A stretch of 64,000 bases of DNA, taken from contig JBAYVU010000015.1 of assembly GCA_041674385.1 (NCBI GenBank), forward strand, positions 681 to 64,680. The letters are read 5' to 3'. This DNA comes from Sterolibacterium sp. GTDB lineage: Bacteria > Pseudomonadota > Gammaproteobacteria > Burkholderiales > Rhodocyclaceae. The notes beneath the pieces were generated by a model. The model did not search any database. It saw only the letters and a program-made list of their open reading frames with translations, and had not been told where the DNA came from. How positions within the stretch are numbered: the first letter of the stretch is position 1; each line of letters starts with the position of its first letter. Both the position numbers and the translations under genes were made by a program. Positions 9,913 through 19,525 of this stretch are shown in pieces.

Positions 9913-11604
9913 ATGTACCAATACAACGATATCGACCGCCGCCTGGTGCATGAACGCGTGGCCCAGTTTCGCGACCAAACCCGTCGCCATCTCGCCGGCG
10001 AGCTGAGCGTCGATGCTTTCCGCCCGCTGCGCTTGCAGAACGGCCTGTATGTCGAACGCCATGGGCCGATGATCCGCCTGGCGATTCCTTACGGCCAACT
10101 TTCCAGCAGGCAGTTGCGCACGCTGGCCAGCGTCACCCGCCGCTACGACAAAGGTATAGGCCATTTCACCACGCGCCAGAACCTCCAGCTGAATTGGGTC
10201 AAAATGGCCGATGCGCCGGATATCCTCGCCGAACTGGCCGAGGCCGATCTGCACGCGATCCAGACTTCGGGCAACTGCATCCGCAACACCACGACCGATC
10301 CGCTCGCCGGCGTGGCGCTGCGGGAAGTATCCGATCCGCGTCCCTGGGCCGAAATTCTGCGCCAGTGGTCCACTTTCCACCCGGAGTTCGCCTATCTGCC
10401 GCGCAAGTTCAAGGTCGCCATCAGCGGCGGCCCGGACGATGCTGCGAACGTGCGCATCCACGACCTGGGTTTTCAGCTGGTGCGGAATGCCGCAAACGAA
10501 CTCGGCTTTCGCGTCTGGGTCGGTGGCGGACTCGGCCGCACGCCGATCCTGGCCAAGGTGTTGCGCGAGTTCCTGCCGTGGCAGCATCTGTTGAGCTATG
10601 CCGAAGCTGTCCTGCGGGTGTACAACCTGCATGGCCGGCGCGACAAACTCCATAAGGCGCGCATCAAGATCCTGGTGCAGGCACTCGGCATAACGGAATT
10701 CGCGCGCCAGGTCGAAGCCGAATGGACTCACCTCAAGGACGGTCCCGCAACCCTGACCGAAGCGGAAGCGGAGCGCGTGGCGGGGCATTTCGCGGCACCC
10801 GAATATGAGACGCTGCCGAAGCTCGACGCCGGTTTCGAGTCCGCCAAACGCCACGAGAGCGCATTCGCCACCTGGGTCGCACACAACGTGCATGAGCACC
10901 GCGTGCCGGGTTACGCCGCGGTGACGCTGTCGCTCAAAGCGGCAGGTCAGGCGCCGGGCGACGCCACGGCCGGACAGATGGAAGCCGTCGCCGATCTCGC
11001 CGAACGTTTCGGCCATGCCGAGATACGTACTACGGTGGCCCAGAACCTAGTGCTGCCGGATGTGAAAAAACGCGACCTGTACACGCTCTGGCAACAAGCG
11101 CGCGCTGCCGGTCTGGCGACACCCAACATCGGTCTGCTCAGCGACGTCGTCGCGTGTCCCGGCGGCGACTACTGCTCGCTCGCCAATGCCAGATCGCTGC
11201 CCTTGGCCCAGGCCATCCAAGACCGTTTCTCCGACCAGGAGCAACTCGCCGATATCGGCGAGCTCAAGCTGAATATTTCCGGCTGCATCAACGCCTGCGG
11301 CCATCACCATGTCGGCCACATCGGCGTCCTCGGCGTCGACAAGAAAGGCCAGGAGTGCTTCCAGATCACGCTGGGCGGCGCCTGGGGAATCGAAGCCGCG
11401 CTCGGTGATGTGATCGGTCCCGCGGTGGATGCCGAGGAAGTGCCGCGAGTCATCGAGCGGCTCGTCGCCAACTACCGAATGTGCCGTCGCTCCCACGAAC
11501 GCTTCATCGACACGTACCAGCGTATCGGCCCGGAAAGTTTCCGCGCCGCCGCTTACGAAAATATCTCAACTGAAGAATACGCAAAGGAAGTATCCAATGG
11601 CTAA
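9913..11604 (+). CDS. cysI: sulfite reductase hemoprotein (nitrite/sulfite reductase family)
   Basis: Two nitrite/sulfite-reductase half-domains are present, with the siroheme/Fe-S Cys cluster CPGGDYC...SGCINACGHH. ATG at 9913 was verified. No cysJ gene is adjacent. Confidence 0.85.
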   Translation: MYQYNDIDRRLVHERVAQFRDQTRRHLAGELSVDAFRPLRLQNGLYVERHGPMIRLAIPYGQLSSRQLRTLASVTRRYDKGIGHFTTRQNLQLNWVKMADAPDILAELAEADLHAIQTSGNCIRNTTTDPLAGVALREVSDPRPWAEILRQWSTFHPEFAYLPRKFKVAISGGPDDAANVRIHDLGFQLVRNAANELGFRVWVGGGLGRTPILAKVLREFLPWQHLLSYAEAVLRVYNLHGRRDKLHKARIKILVQALGITEFARQVEAEWTHLKDGPATLTEAEAERVAGHFAAPEYETLPKLDAGFESAKRHESAFATWVAHNVHEHRVPGYAAVTLSLKAAGQAPGDATAGQMEAVADLAERFGHAEIRTTVAQNLVLPDVKKRDLYTLWQQARAAGLATPNIGLLSDVVACPGGDYCSLANARSLPLAQAIQDRFSDQEQLADIGELKLNISGCINACGHHHVGHIGVLGVDKKGQECFQITLGGAWGIEAALGDVIGPAVDAEEVPRVIERLVANYRMCRRSHERFIDTYQRIGPESFRAAAYENISTEEYAKEVSNG

Positions 11605-12115
11605 GCTGATCAAGAACCGCGACATCGTCGAAGACACCTGGAAGGTGCTGATCCTCGCCGCAAACGACACGCCGGAGACCGTCAAATTGCCGGTCGGCCC
11701 GCTCATCGTGCCGCTGCCTGTGTGGCAGGCGCGCAAGACCGAACTGATCCGACGCGAGTGGGAGCACGGCGATGCGCTCGGCGTCTGGCTCACGACGGAA
11801 GAGTCCCCGGCCGAACTCATCGCCGACTTCGATGACCTCGCAGTCATCGCCGTGCAATTCCCGAAGTTTGCCGACGGCCGCGGCTATTCCACCGCCACGC
11901 TGCTGCGCACGCGTTACGGCTATACGGGCGAATTGCGCGCCATCGGCGACGTCGGCCGCGACCAGTTGCACTATCTGTCCCGCGTCGGTTTCAACGCCTT
12001 CGCCGCCAACGAGCCGGAACTCGCTGTCGCCGGACTCGATGATTTCTCCGAGTCTTACCAGACTGCCGCCAACCAGCCGCTGCCGCTGTTCCGGCGAAGC
12101 GCTTTGACTGCCTGA
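11597..12115 (+). CDS. DUF934-family protein, commonly linked to cysI/cysH
   Basis: Motifs MAKLIKNRDIVEDTW and QFPKFADGRGYS are present. The gene overlaps the cysI stop by 8 nt. Confidence 0.75.
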   Translation: MAKLIKNRDIVEDTWKVLILAANDTPETVKLPVGPLIVPLPVWQARKTELIRREWEHGDALGVWLTTEESPAELIADFDDLAVIAVQFPKFADGRGYSTATLLRTRYGYTGELRAIGDVGRDQLHYLSRVGFNAFAANEPELAVAGLDDFSESYQTAANQPLPLFRRSALTA

Positions 12116-12125
12116 AGGTGCCGAC

Positions 12126-12842
12126 ATGAGCATCCTTCTGGAAGACCCGGCGCTGATCAACAGCGTCTCGGCAAAGACCGTCCTGCTTCGTCGTCAGCTG
12201 GCGGAAATCGCCGCCGGTTTCGCCCCGGCGGTTTTCGCCAACAGCCTCGGCGCCGAGGACATGGTATTGACCGACCTCATCGTCAATGAGAAGTTCGATA
12301 TTGAAATCTTCTCGCTCGACACCGGCCGGCTGCCGGCCGAGACCTACGAACTGATGGGGCGGCTGCGCCGCCATTACGGCCTGACGCTGAAGCTCTACTA
12401 CCCGCGCCATGACCTCATCGAGGAATACACGCGCAGCCACGGCATCAACGGTTTCTACGAATCCGTGGAACTGCGCAAGGGCTGCTGCCATGTCCGCAAG
12501 GTCGAGCCGTTGCAGCGCGCGCTGGCCGGCAAAAAGGCCTGGATCACCGGGCTGCGCGCCGAACAGGCCGCCACCCGCGCCGGGTTGCCGCCGCAAGAGT
12601 TCGACAGCGCCAACCGGCTGGAGAAATTCAACCCGCTGGCCGATTGGACGGAACGTGAAGTCTGGACCTACATCCATGCCAACAATGTGCCCTACAACGC
12701 GTTGCACGCGCAGAATTATCCGAGCATCGGCTGTGCCCCATGCACCCGCGCCATCGCGCTGGGCGAGCATGTCAGGGCGGGACGCTGGTGGTGGGAGGAC
12801 CCGACATCGAAGGAGTGCGGGCTGCACATCAAGCGCGCCTGA
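12126..12842 (+). CDS. cysH: adenylylsulfate (APS)/PAPS reductase, Fe-S (APS-reductase) type
   Basis: Catalytic KECGLH is present, plus the Cys pairs GCCHVRK and GCAPCT that mark the [4Fe-4S] APS-reductase subclass. Confidence 0.85.
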   Translation: MSILLEDPALINSVSAKTVLLRRQLAEIAAGFAPAVFANSLGAEDMVLTDLIVNEKFDIEIFSLDTGRLPAETYELMGRLRRHYGLTLKLYYPRHDLIEEYTRSHGINGFYESVELRKGCCHVRKVEPLQRALAGKKAWITGLRAEQAATRAGLPPQEFDSANRLEKFNPLADWTEREVWTYIHANNVPYNALHAQNYPSIGCAPCTRAIALGEHVRAGRWWWEDPTSKECGLHIKRA

Positions 12843-12854
12843 AAATAAGCCATC

Positions 12855-13775
12855 ATGACGACATCACTGCTGACACGCCCCACGCTCGCCCACCTCGACT
12901 GGCTTGAAGCCGAAGCGATCCACATCCTGCGCGAGGTCGCGGGCCAGTGCGCCAATCCCGCGCTGCTGTTCTCCGGCGGCAAAGATTCGATCTGCCTGCT
13001 GCGGCTGGCGGAGAAAGCCTTTCGCCCCGGCCGTTTCCCCTTCCCGCTGCTGCATATCGATACCGGCCACAATTATTCCGAAGTCATCGCCTTTCGCGAC
13101 TGGCGCGCAGCCGAACTCGGCGAACGCTTACTGGTGCGTTCGGTGGAAGACTCGATGCAGCGCGGCAGCGTGGTGCTGAAGTCGCCGGGCGAGTCGCGCA
13201 ACAAGCACCAGTCGGTGACTCTGCTCGAAGCCATCGAGGAGTTCGCCTTCGACGCCTGCATCGGCGGCGCCCGCCGCGACGAAGAGAAAGCCCGCGCCAA
13301 GGAGCGCATTTTTTCCTTCCGCGACGAATTCGGCCAATGGGACCCGAAGAACCAGCGCCCGGAACTCTGGGACCTGTACAACGCCCGCAGCCACAAAGGC
13401 GAGAACATCCGGGTCTTCCCGATCTCCAACTGGACCGAGTTGGACGTGTGGCAATACATCCAGCGCGAAGAGCTCGAACTGCCTTCGATCTACTTCGCCC
13501 ACCAGCGTTCTGTGGTGCGCCGGAAGGGCCTGCTGCAGCCGGTCACACCGCTGACACCGGCCAAGCCGGACGATGTCGTGGAGACGCTCAGGGTGCGCTT
13601 CCGCACCGTCGGCGACATCACCTGCACCGCCCCGGTCGAGTCGGACGCCGACAGCGTGGCTGCCATCATCGCGGAAACCGCGACCACCACCATCACCGAG
13701 CGCGGCGCGACGCGTCTCGATGACCAGACATCCGATGCCTCGATGGAGCAACGCAAGAAGGAGGGATACTTTTGA
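12855..13775 (+). CDS. cysD: sulfate adenylyltransferase subunit 2
   Basis: PP-loop FSGGKDS is present and the CysD N-terminus LDWLEAEAIHILREV is typical. Confidence 0.9.
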   Translation: MTTSLLTRPTLAHLDWLEAEAIHILREVAGQCANPALLFSGGKDSICLLRLAEKAFRPGRFPFPLLHIDTGHNYSEVIAFRDWRAAELGERLLVRSVEDSMQRGSVVLKSPGESRNKHQSVTLLEAIEEFAFDACIGGARRDEEKARAKERIFSFRDEFGQWDPKNQRPELWDLYNARSHKGENIRVFPISNWTELDVWQYIQREELELPSIYFAHQRSVVRRKGLLQPVTPLTPAKPDDVVETLRVRFRTVGDITCTAPVESDADSVAAIIAETATTTITERGATRLDDQTSDASMEQRKKEGYF

Positions 13776-15064
13776 TGAGCGCCCCAGAACATCTGCCCGA
13801 ACTCGACCACGGCCTGCTGCGCTTCCTCACCTGCGGCAGCGTGGATGACGGCAAGAGCACGCTGATCGGTCGTCTGCTCTACGACACCAAGGCCATTCTG
13901 GCCGACACGCTGCACGCCATCGGGCGCACCTCGCAGCAGCGCGGCCTGGAAGCGATCGATCTGTCGTTGCTCACCGACGGTTTGCAAGCCGAACGCGAGC
14001 AGGGTATCACCATTGATGTCGCCTACCGCTATTTCACCACCGGCACGCGCAAGTACATCATTGCCGACGCGCCGGGCCACGAGCAATACACGCGCAACAT
14101 GGTGACGGCGGCCTCAACCGCCGACCTCGCGATCATTCTCGTCGATGCGCGCAAGGGCGTGCTGACCCAGACCCGGCGTCATTCGACCATCGCCAATCTG
14201 ATGGGTATTCCGCACCTGCTGGTGGCGGTGAACAAGATGGACCTGGTCGGCTACCAACAGGAGGTTTTTCAGCGCATCCGGGCCGACTACCGCGACTTTG
14301 CGCGCCAGGTGGGGATTACCGAGGTCAGTTTCATCCCGATCTCGGCCTTGGCCGGCGACATGCTTGTGGAGCGTGGCGACAACCTCAGCTGGTATGCCGG
14401 CCCGACGCTGCTGGAAATCCTCGAATCGGTGCCCGGCGCAAATGCCAGCGTATTGAAACAGGATCAGCGTTTTCGCTTCCCCGTGCAGTACGTGTGCCGG
14501 CCACAGCAGTCGGACGATCCGGACTTGCACGATTACCGCGGCTTCATGGGGCGCATCGAATCCGGCGAGATTGCCATCGGCGACGAAGTCACGCACTTGC
14601 CGTCCCAGCTGAAAACGCGCATCAGGGATATCCAGATCGGCGGGAAATCGCTGCCGTTGGCTTTTGCCGAGCAGTCGGTGACGCTGCTCTTGGCCGACGA
14701 GATCGACATTTCGCGCGGCGACATGCTGGTCAACAGCGCTGCGTTGCCTGCCACGAGCCAGTCGATCCGCGCCAACCTCTGCTGGCTTTCCGAAACGCCG
14801 CTCGACCCCCAGCGCCGCTACTTGGTGCGCCACACGACGCGGGAAGCCAAGGCCAAGCTGGCGAGCATCGAGAGCCGGCTGAATATCAACACGCTGGAAC
14901 GCGAGGCTGCGACGGGGCTTGCCATGAATGACATCGCCCAGGTGACCTTCCGTCTGGCACAGCCGCTGTTTGCCGATACCTATGTCGAGAACCGCGTCAC
15001 CGGCGCCTTTATCGTCATCGACGAAACCACCAACAACACCGTCGGCGCCGGCATGATCGTTTGA
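13775..15064 (+). CDS. cysN: sulfate adenylyltransferase subunit 1 (GTPase), without fused APS kinase domain
   Basis: G1 motif GSVDDGKST and the DAPGH and NKMD motifs are present. At 429 aa there is no CysC domain. The ATG overlaps the cysD TGA. Confidence 0.9.
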   Translation: MSAPEHLPELDHGLLRFLTCGSVDDGKSTLIGRLLYDTKAILADTLHAIGRTSQQRGLEAIDLSLLTDGLQAEREQGITIDVAYRYFTTGTRKYIIADAPGHEQYTRNMVTAASTADLAIILVDARKGVLTQTRRHSTIANLMGIPHLLVAVNKMDLVGYQQEVFQRIRADYRDFARQVGITEVSFIPISALAGDMLVERGDNLSWYAGPTLLEILESVPGANASVLKQDQRFRFPVQYVCRPQQSDDPDLHDYRGFMGRIESGEIAIGDEVTHLPSQLKTRIRDIQIGGKSLPLAFAEQSVTLLLADEIDISRGDMLVNSAALPATSQSIRANLCWLSETPLDPQRRYLVRHTTREAKAKLASIESRLNINTLEREAATGLAMNDIAQVTFRLAQPLFADTYVENRVTGAFIVIDETTNNTVGAGMIV

Positions 15065-15069
15065 TCCCG

Positions 15070-15106
15070 TGCTTGTCGAGACAGGCCGGGCCTGTCTCGA
15101 CAAGCA
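15070..15106. terminator. 16-bp perfect GC-rich hairpin between convergent cysN and cysK
   Basis: TGCTTGTCGAGACAGG-ccggg-CCTGTCTCGACAAGCA. There is no clear U-tract on either side. Confidence 0.5.
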
Positions 15107-15113
15107 TTCGTCG

Positions 15114-16046
15114 TCAGACTTCCAGGTGTTGAAACAACGCCGTGGTCAGATAGCGTTCGCCGAACGAGGGGATGATCGCCACCACCAGCTTACCCCTGTT
15201 CTCCGGTCGTTTCGCCACTTCCAGCGCAGCCCAGACGGCGGCGCCGGAGGAGATGCCGACCAGCAGTCCCTCGTCGGTCGCCAGTTTGCGCGATGTGTTG
15301 AATGCGTCGTCGTTCTTGACGCGGACGATTTCGTCGTAGATCTTGGTGTTCAGTATCGACGGCACGAAGCCGGCACCGATGCCCTGGATCGGGTGCGGTC
15401 CGCGCTGCCCGCCGGAAAGCACGGGGCTGGCATCCGGCTCGACGGCGACGATGCGCACGCCCGGCTTGCGCGCCTTCAGTACCTCGCCGACACCGGTGAG
15501 GGTGCCGCCAGTGCCGACGCCGGCAACGAAAATATCGACCTTGCCGTCGGTATCGCGCCAGATTTCCTCGGCGGTGGTCTGGCGATGGATCTCCGGATTG
15601 GCCGGGTTGTCGAACTGCTGCGGAATGAAGTAGCGCGGATCCTTGGCGGCGAGTTCCTCGGCCTTCCTGATGGCGCCCGGCATGCCTTCCGGTCCCGGCG
15701 TCAGGATCAATTCGGCGCCATAGGCCTTGAGGATCAGCTTGCGCTCCTTGCTCATGGTTTCCGGCATGACGAAGGCGGACCGATAGCCGCGTGCGGCAGC
15801 CACCATGGCCAGGCCGATGCCGGTATTGCCCGAGGTCGGTTCGAGGATGATGGTGTCGGGCTTGATCCTGCCGGCTTTCTCGGCGGCGTCGAGCATGGCG
15901 ACGGCGATGCGGTCCTTGACGCTGTGGGCCGGATTGAAGAACTCCAGCTTGAGTGCGATGGTGGCATCGATGCCGCTATTCACACGATTGAGACGAACCA
16001 GCGGGGTGTTGCCGATCAGTTCGGCGACGTTGTTGGCGATGCGCAT
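15114..16046 (-). CDS. cysK: cysteine synthase (O-acetylserine sulfhydrylase)
   Basis: Motifs [17 protein letters not shown] (PLP lysine) and TSGNTGI are present. Confidence 0.9.
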   Translation of the reverse strand: MRIANNVAELIGNTPLVRLNRVNSGIDATIALKLEFFNPAHSVKDRIAVAMLDAAEKAGRIKPDTIILEPTSGNTGIGLAMVAAARGYRSAFVMPETMSKERKLILKAYGAELILTPGPEGMPGAIRKAEELAAKDPRYFIPQQFDNPANPEIHRQTTAEEIWRDTDGKVDIFVAGVGTGGTLTGVGEVLKARKPGVRIVAVEPDASPVLSGGQRGPHPIQGIGAGFVPSILNTKIYDEIVRVKNDDAFNTSRKLATDEGLLVGISSGAAVWAALEVAKRPENRGKLVVAIIPSFGERYLTTALFQHLEV

Positions 16047-16325
16047 AAGCCTGCTCCTGAAATCTGTGAGGTACCTTGAGTGATCGAAAAAGCGAAAACT
16101 ATATCAGCATGCCAAATTCTTGGGTGTTGCCAAAGGAATATTTTCACATAACAATATTCCGGCTGGACGTAAGTGCTTTTCATATCCAGAATGAATCTCG
16201 ATATGAAGTTGGGCAAGCTGCTGAACCCGGATATCCGGGGCTACATGAAGACTGGAGAACTTGCCAATCTTTGTGTCAAGCCTGTTGGACAGGCTGAGCT
16301 TTAATGTGATGTGTTTGCGGAATGC

Positions 16326-16718
16326 TCAGCAAAGGGCCTTAACAGTCAATACGGGACATGGAATCGAAAGCAGTATTGCCTGAGCGACACTGCCAAGGAA
16401 GAGCTTCTCAACCGGCGAGCGTTTTCGCAGGCCGATAATGAGCATGGACGCCTTCAGCGAGTTAACTAATGTTTCAATTTCTTCGATGGGGCTATTCCCC
16501 CGGTTCAACTGCTTGAATTCGATCTGGATGCCAGAAGCCGCAAACTGCATCTCCATTTGCTTGACATCTTCCGGGGATACGAACTCATCAACCATCGTCG
16601 TGCCGGCGCTGACGTTGATCACCAGAAGGTTTTCGTTGAAGCGTTTTGCCATTTCAATGCCTTTGTCAAGCGCTGCGCGGCCTTCGGGGCGTGGCACGTA
16701 AGCTACAAGTATGGTCAT
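16326..16718 (-). CDS. universal stress protein (UspA family)
   Basis: Usp-fold N-terminus ILVAYVPRPEG and C-terminal GLRKRSPVEKLFLGSVAQ are present. ATG at 16718 is preceded by AGGAAG. Confidence 0.75.
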   Translation of the reverse strand: MTILVAYVPRPEGRAALDKGIEMAKRFNENLLVINVSAGTTMVDEFVSPEDVKQMEMQFAASGIQIEFKQLNRGNSPIEEIETLVNSLKASMLIIGLRKRSPVEKLFLGSVAQAILLSIPCPVLTVKALC

Positions 16719-16855
16719 GACTTTCTTCCTATTGCTGGATAAACGTTGCATGATGTTACCAGCATTGCCCGTGTTTTAGCGGGTTCATGTTTCACCCGAT
16801 TGCTCCATGCAGGCAAGCTCGCCCAAGTTCAGCACAACCCGCTCGCGCTGCAGGC

Positions 16856-17605
16856 TCACAACGGTGGTGCCGTTCGCGGTTGCCGGCTAAGCGGCAGTTC
16901 GAGCTGGCAGCGGGCCAGCAGCTCGGCGTCGGCGAATATCTCCTCTGCCCTGCCATCGGCCTCGATCCTGCCCTCGTGCATCACCAGCACTCGCGAGCAT
17001 AGATCGAGTACGAGGTCGAGGTCGTGAGTGGCGATGATCTTGGTGTGCGAAAAACCGCGCAACAGGTTGATCAAACGCCGGCGTGCCGCGGGATCGAGGC
17101 CGCTGCTGGGTTCATCCATGACCAGAATCGACGGCGACATTGCCAGCACGCCGGCAATGGCCACTGCCCGCTTCTCGCCGCCGGAAAGCTGGTAGGGCGG
17201 CCGCATCGCAAGGTGGCCGGCGCCGACGATGTCGAGCGAAGCACGCACGCGTACGTCGATCTCGTCCGGCGGCAGGCCCATGTTCGCCGGGCCGAAGGCC
17301 ACATCGTCGTACACGTTCGCCATGAAAAGCTGGTCGTCCGGATCCTGGAACAGCATGCCGATCGTGCGGCGAATCTGCGGCAGGGTTTCACTCACGAGCG
17401 GAAGGTCGCCGACGCGTACCGATCCGGCAGCCGGCTTGAGGAGACCGTTGAGATGCAGCAGCAAGGTCGACTTGCCGGCGCCGTTGCCGCCGATGATTGC
17501 CACCGATTCACCGTGTTCTATGCGGAAACTCACGCCGTTCAAGGCCTGGTTGCCATCGGGATAGGCGTACATCAGCGACCGCGCTTCGACGAGGTGGTGG
17601 CTCAT
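16856..17605 (-). CDS. cbiO: ECF transporter ATPase (CbiO/NikO type)
   Basis: Walker A GGNGAGKST, signature LSGGEKRAV and Walker B ILVMDEP are present. The MLFQDPDDQLF motif is typical of CbiO. Confidence 0.85.
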   Translation of the reverse strand: MSHHLVEARSLMYAYPDGNQALNGVSFRIEHGESVAIIGGNGAGKSTLLLHLNGLLKPAAGSVRVGDLPLVSETLPQIRRTIGMLFQDPDDQLFMANVYDDVAFGPANMGLPPDEIDVRVRASLDIVGAGHLAMRPPYQLSGGEKRAVAIAGVLAMSPSILVMDEPSSGLDPAARRRLINLLRGFSHTKIIATHDLDLVLDLCSRVLVMHEGRIEADGRAEEIFADAELLARCQLELPLSRQPRTAPPL

Positions 17606-18414
17606 GCGGCGACCCCGATCAGCCATCGACCCAGCGCGCGCGGCAAGTCAATATGCCGCGCCAGCACAAAGCAGGCGATGCATCCTGACAGGAAGAGCGC
17701 ATCCGCGTGACGCCAGCACTGCGGTCGCAAAACGCGCAACTCGCCGGCGAAACCGCGCGCGACCATCGCCAGATGGATTCGCTGGGCGCGTTCGAGCGCC
17801 CGCAGCAACAGGTGTCCGAGCAGCGATCCATAAACCGAAAGGCTGGGCCGTTGGCGTCCGCATGCCCGCAGCTCGTGCGCCGCGCCCATGCGCGCCACCT
17901 CGCCGGCCAGTACATCGGCATAACGATGGAGGAACAGGAGCTGCGTGGTGAAGATGCGCGGCACACCGAGCTGAGTCAGCCCGGCGCAGACACGGTAGAA
18001 CCCTGTCGTCGCGGTCAGCACCAGCGCCGCAGCGACGGTCAGCATGAAACGCAGCAGAATCGAGGCGAAAGAGACCCAGCCGCCGCTGACGCCGACCCCG
18101 AACAGGTCGACCAGCGTTGCGCGATCCAGCAACGGGTTGAAAATGCCGATCATCAGTGCGAAGGGCGAGGCGATCAGCAACTTGCGCGCGACCAGGCGCA
18201 GCGGCACGTCGCCCAGAGCGGCGAGGGCCACCGGGAACAGCGCAAACGGCAGCAGGGCCAAGATGGCGTAACGGTCGAACGAGACCACCGCGACGATGAA
18301 GGCGAGCGTGGCAAGAATCTTGGCGCGGGGATCGAGGCTGGCCAATACGCCGGGTCGCGCGGCAATGGCATCCAGCGAATGCAGGTCGCGCAGCGCGTCG
18401 CCGATCCTGCTCAC
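17602..18414 (-). CDS. cbiQ: ECF transporter transmembrane (T) component CbiQ
   Basis: Polytopic membrane protein with the LDPRAKIL motif. A GTG start at 18414 overlaps the upstream TGA (GTGA). The track start at 18525 is probably too long. Confidence 0.7.
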   Translation of the reverse strand: MSRIGDALRDLHSLDAIAARPGVLASLDPRAKILATLAFIVAVVSFDRYAILALLPFALFPVALAALGDVPLRLVARKLLIASPFALMIGIFNPLLDRATLVDLFGVGVSGGWVSFASILLRFMLTVAAALVLTATTGFYRVCAGLTQLGVPRIFTTQLLFLHRYADVLAGEVARMGAAHELRACGRQRPSLSVYGSLLGHLLLRALERAQRIHLAMVARGFAGELRVLRPQCWRHADALFLSGCIACFVLARHIDLPRALGRWLIGVAA

Positions 18415-19427
18415 GAGGAACTGCGGCGTCGCCGCAGCAGGTAGCCAATGCTTATTACCAGACCCAGGGTGATCGCGGCGCCGATGAGGCTGGCCAACGA
18501 GCGACTCGAATCGACGGCGGGCCATGCCGCTTCGTTCGATCTGCCAGTGGGCGGCTTGTCGTCTGTCATCCCGGTGATCTTATGCTGAGCCTGTGCCGTG
18601 TGGAAACCCGATTCCGGCGCCGGCAGTGTGGCGCTTCCGGCAGCGTGCGCTATCGACCATTCCAGTCCGTCGGGCTGAGTCGAGGCGAACCATGAGAAGA
18701 CCCCCGCCGTCAGCACGGTGGCAATGCCTAGAGCGAGCAATAGCGGTTTGCGGGAAGATATAGGTATAGGCGAAGCGGCATTGGCCATGAATAGATCAGG
18801 GCGGGCGCGGCGCACGAAGAGAATGACGATGGCGGTCGCCAGACCTTCGACGAGACCGATGGCCAGATGGATCGGCTGCATCAGCAGCAGGAAGGTGCTG
18901 ATCGGCAGATTTGATATTCCCGAGAACATTGTCTCAAGGACGACGGCGAATGCGCCCAATTGCGAACCGACGACGGCTGCCAGCGTGGCCACGATGGTGA
19001 TTCGTCGCTGCGAACTCGCCAGACGGTCTGCGCCGAGCAGCGGACGGTAGACCAGCAGGTAGCCCGCGAAGCACGGGAATACGCCAAGATTGAAGATATT
19101 GGCGCCGAGTGCGAGGAGACCGCCGTCGGCGAAAAACAACGCCTGCACCGTCAGTATCGAGGCAATTACAACGCAAGCGGCATGAGGCCCGAGCAGGATC
19201 GACAGCAGCAAGCCCCCGCCTATGTGCCCGCTGGAACCCGTCGCCGGGATCGTGAAATTGATCATTTGTACCGCGAAGACAAAGGCGCCGAGCACGCCCA
19301 TCAGCGGTATCAGACGCTCCTCGTCACCTTGGCGAATGCGCCGCGAACACCATGCCAACGTGGCAGTGGAGGCTGCCCACAGCGTGACGCCAACAGTCGG
19401 TGAAATGAGGGCATCGGCCATATGCAT
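18411..19427 (-). CDS. cbiM: CbiM/NikM metal-transport S component fused to a PDGLE (CbiN/NikN-like) domain
   Basis: N-terminus MHMADALISP and the GSSGHIGGG motif identify CbiM. The C-terminal STQPDGLEWSI is followed by a terminal TM helix. ATG at 19427 was verified. The 640-aa track ORF is a read-through artefact. Confidence 0.8.
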   Translation of the reverse strand: MHMADALISPTVGVTLWAASTATLAWCSRRIRQGDEERLIPLMGVLGAFVFAVQMINFTIPATGSSGHIGGGLLLSILLGPHAACVVIASILTVQALFFADGGLLALGANIFNLGVFPCFAGYLLVYRPLLGADRLASSQRRITIVATLAAVVGSQLGAFAVVLETMFSGISNLPISTFLLLMQPIHLAIGLVEGLATAIVILFVRRARPDLFMANAASPIPISSRKPLLLALGIATVLTAGVFSWFASTQPDGLEWSIAHAAGSATLPAPESGFHTAQAQHKITGMTDDKPPTGRSNEAAWPAVDSSRSLASLIGAAITLGLVISIGYLLRRRRSSS

Positions 19428-19525
19428 GGCGGATTCCTTTTCAAAGACGTCGTATGGGAAATAATATAATCGTATTGCACCAGCAATGGAAGCGAGTGCT
19501 TCCGAGCACTTCCTGTTGATCGGCG

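Noticed and set aside
7157-11016. Long antisense ORFs 7157-8284, 8906-10006 and 9874-11016
   Set aside because: They are opposite the C-S lyase, cysB and cysI genes respectively, and have no motifs.
16076-16325. Small ORFs (73 aa and a 33-aa MKLGKLL... ORF) between cysK and the usp gene
   Set aside because: They have no SD and no motifs. The region is more plausibly the cysK promoter and CysB-binding leader.
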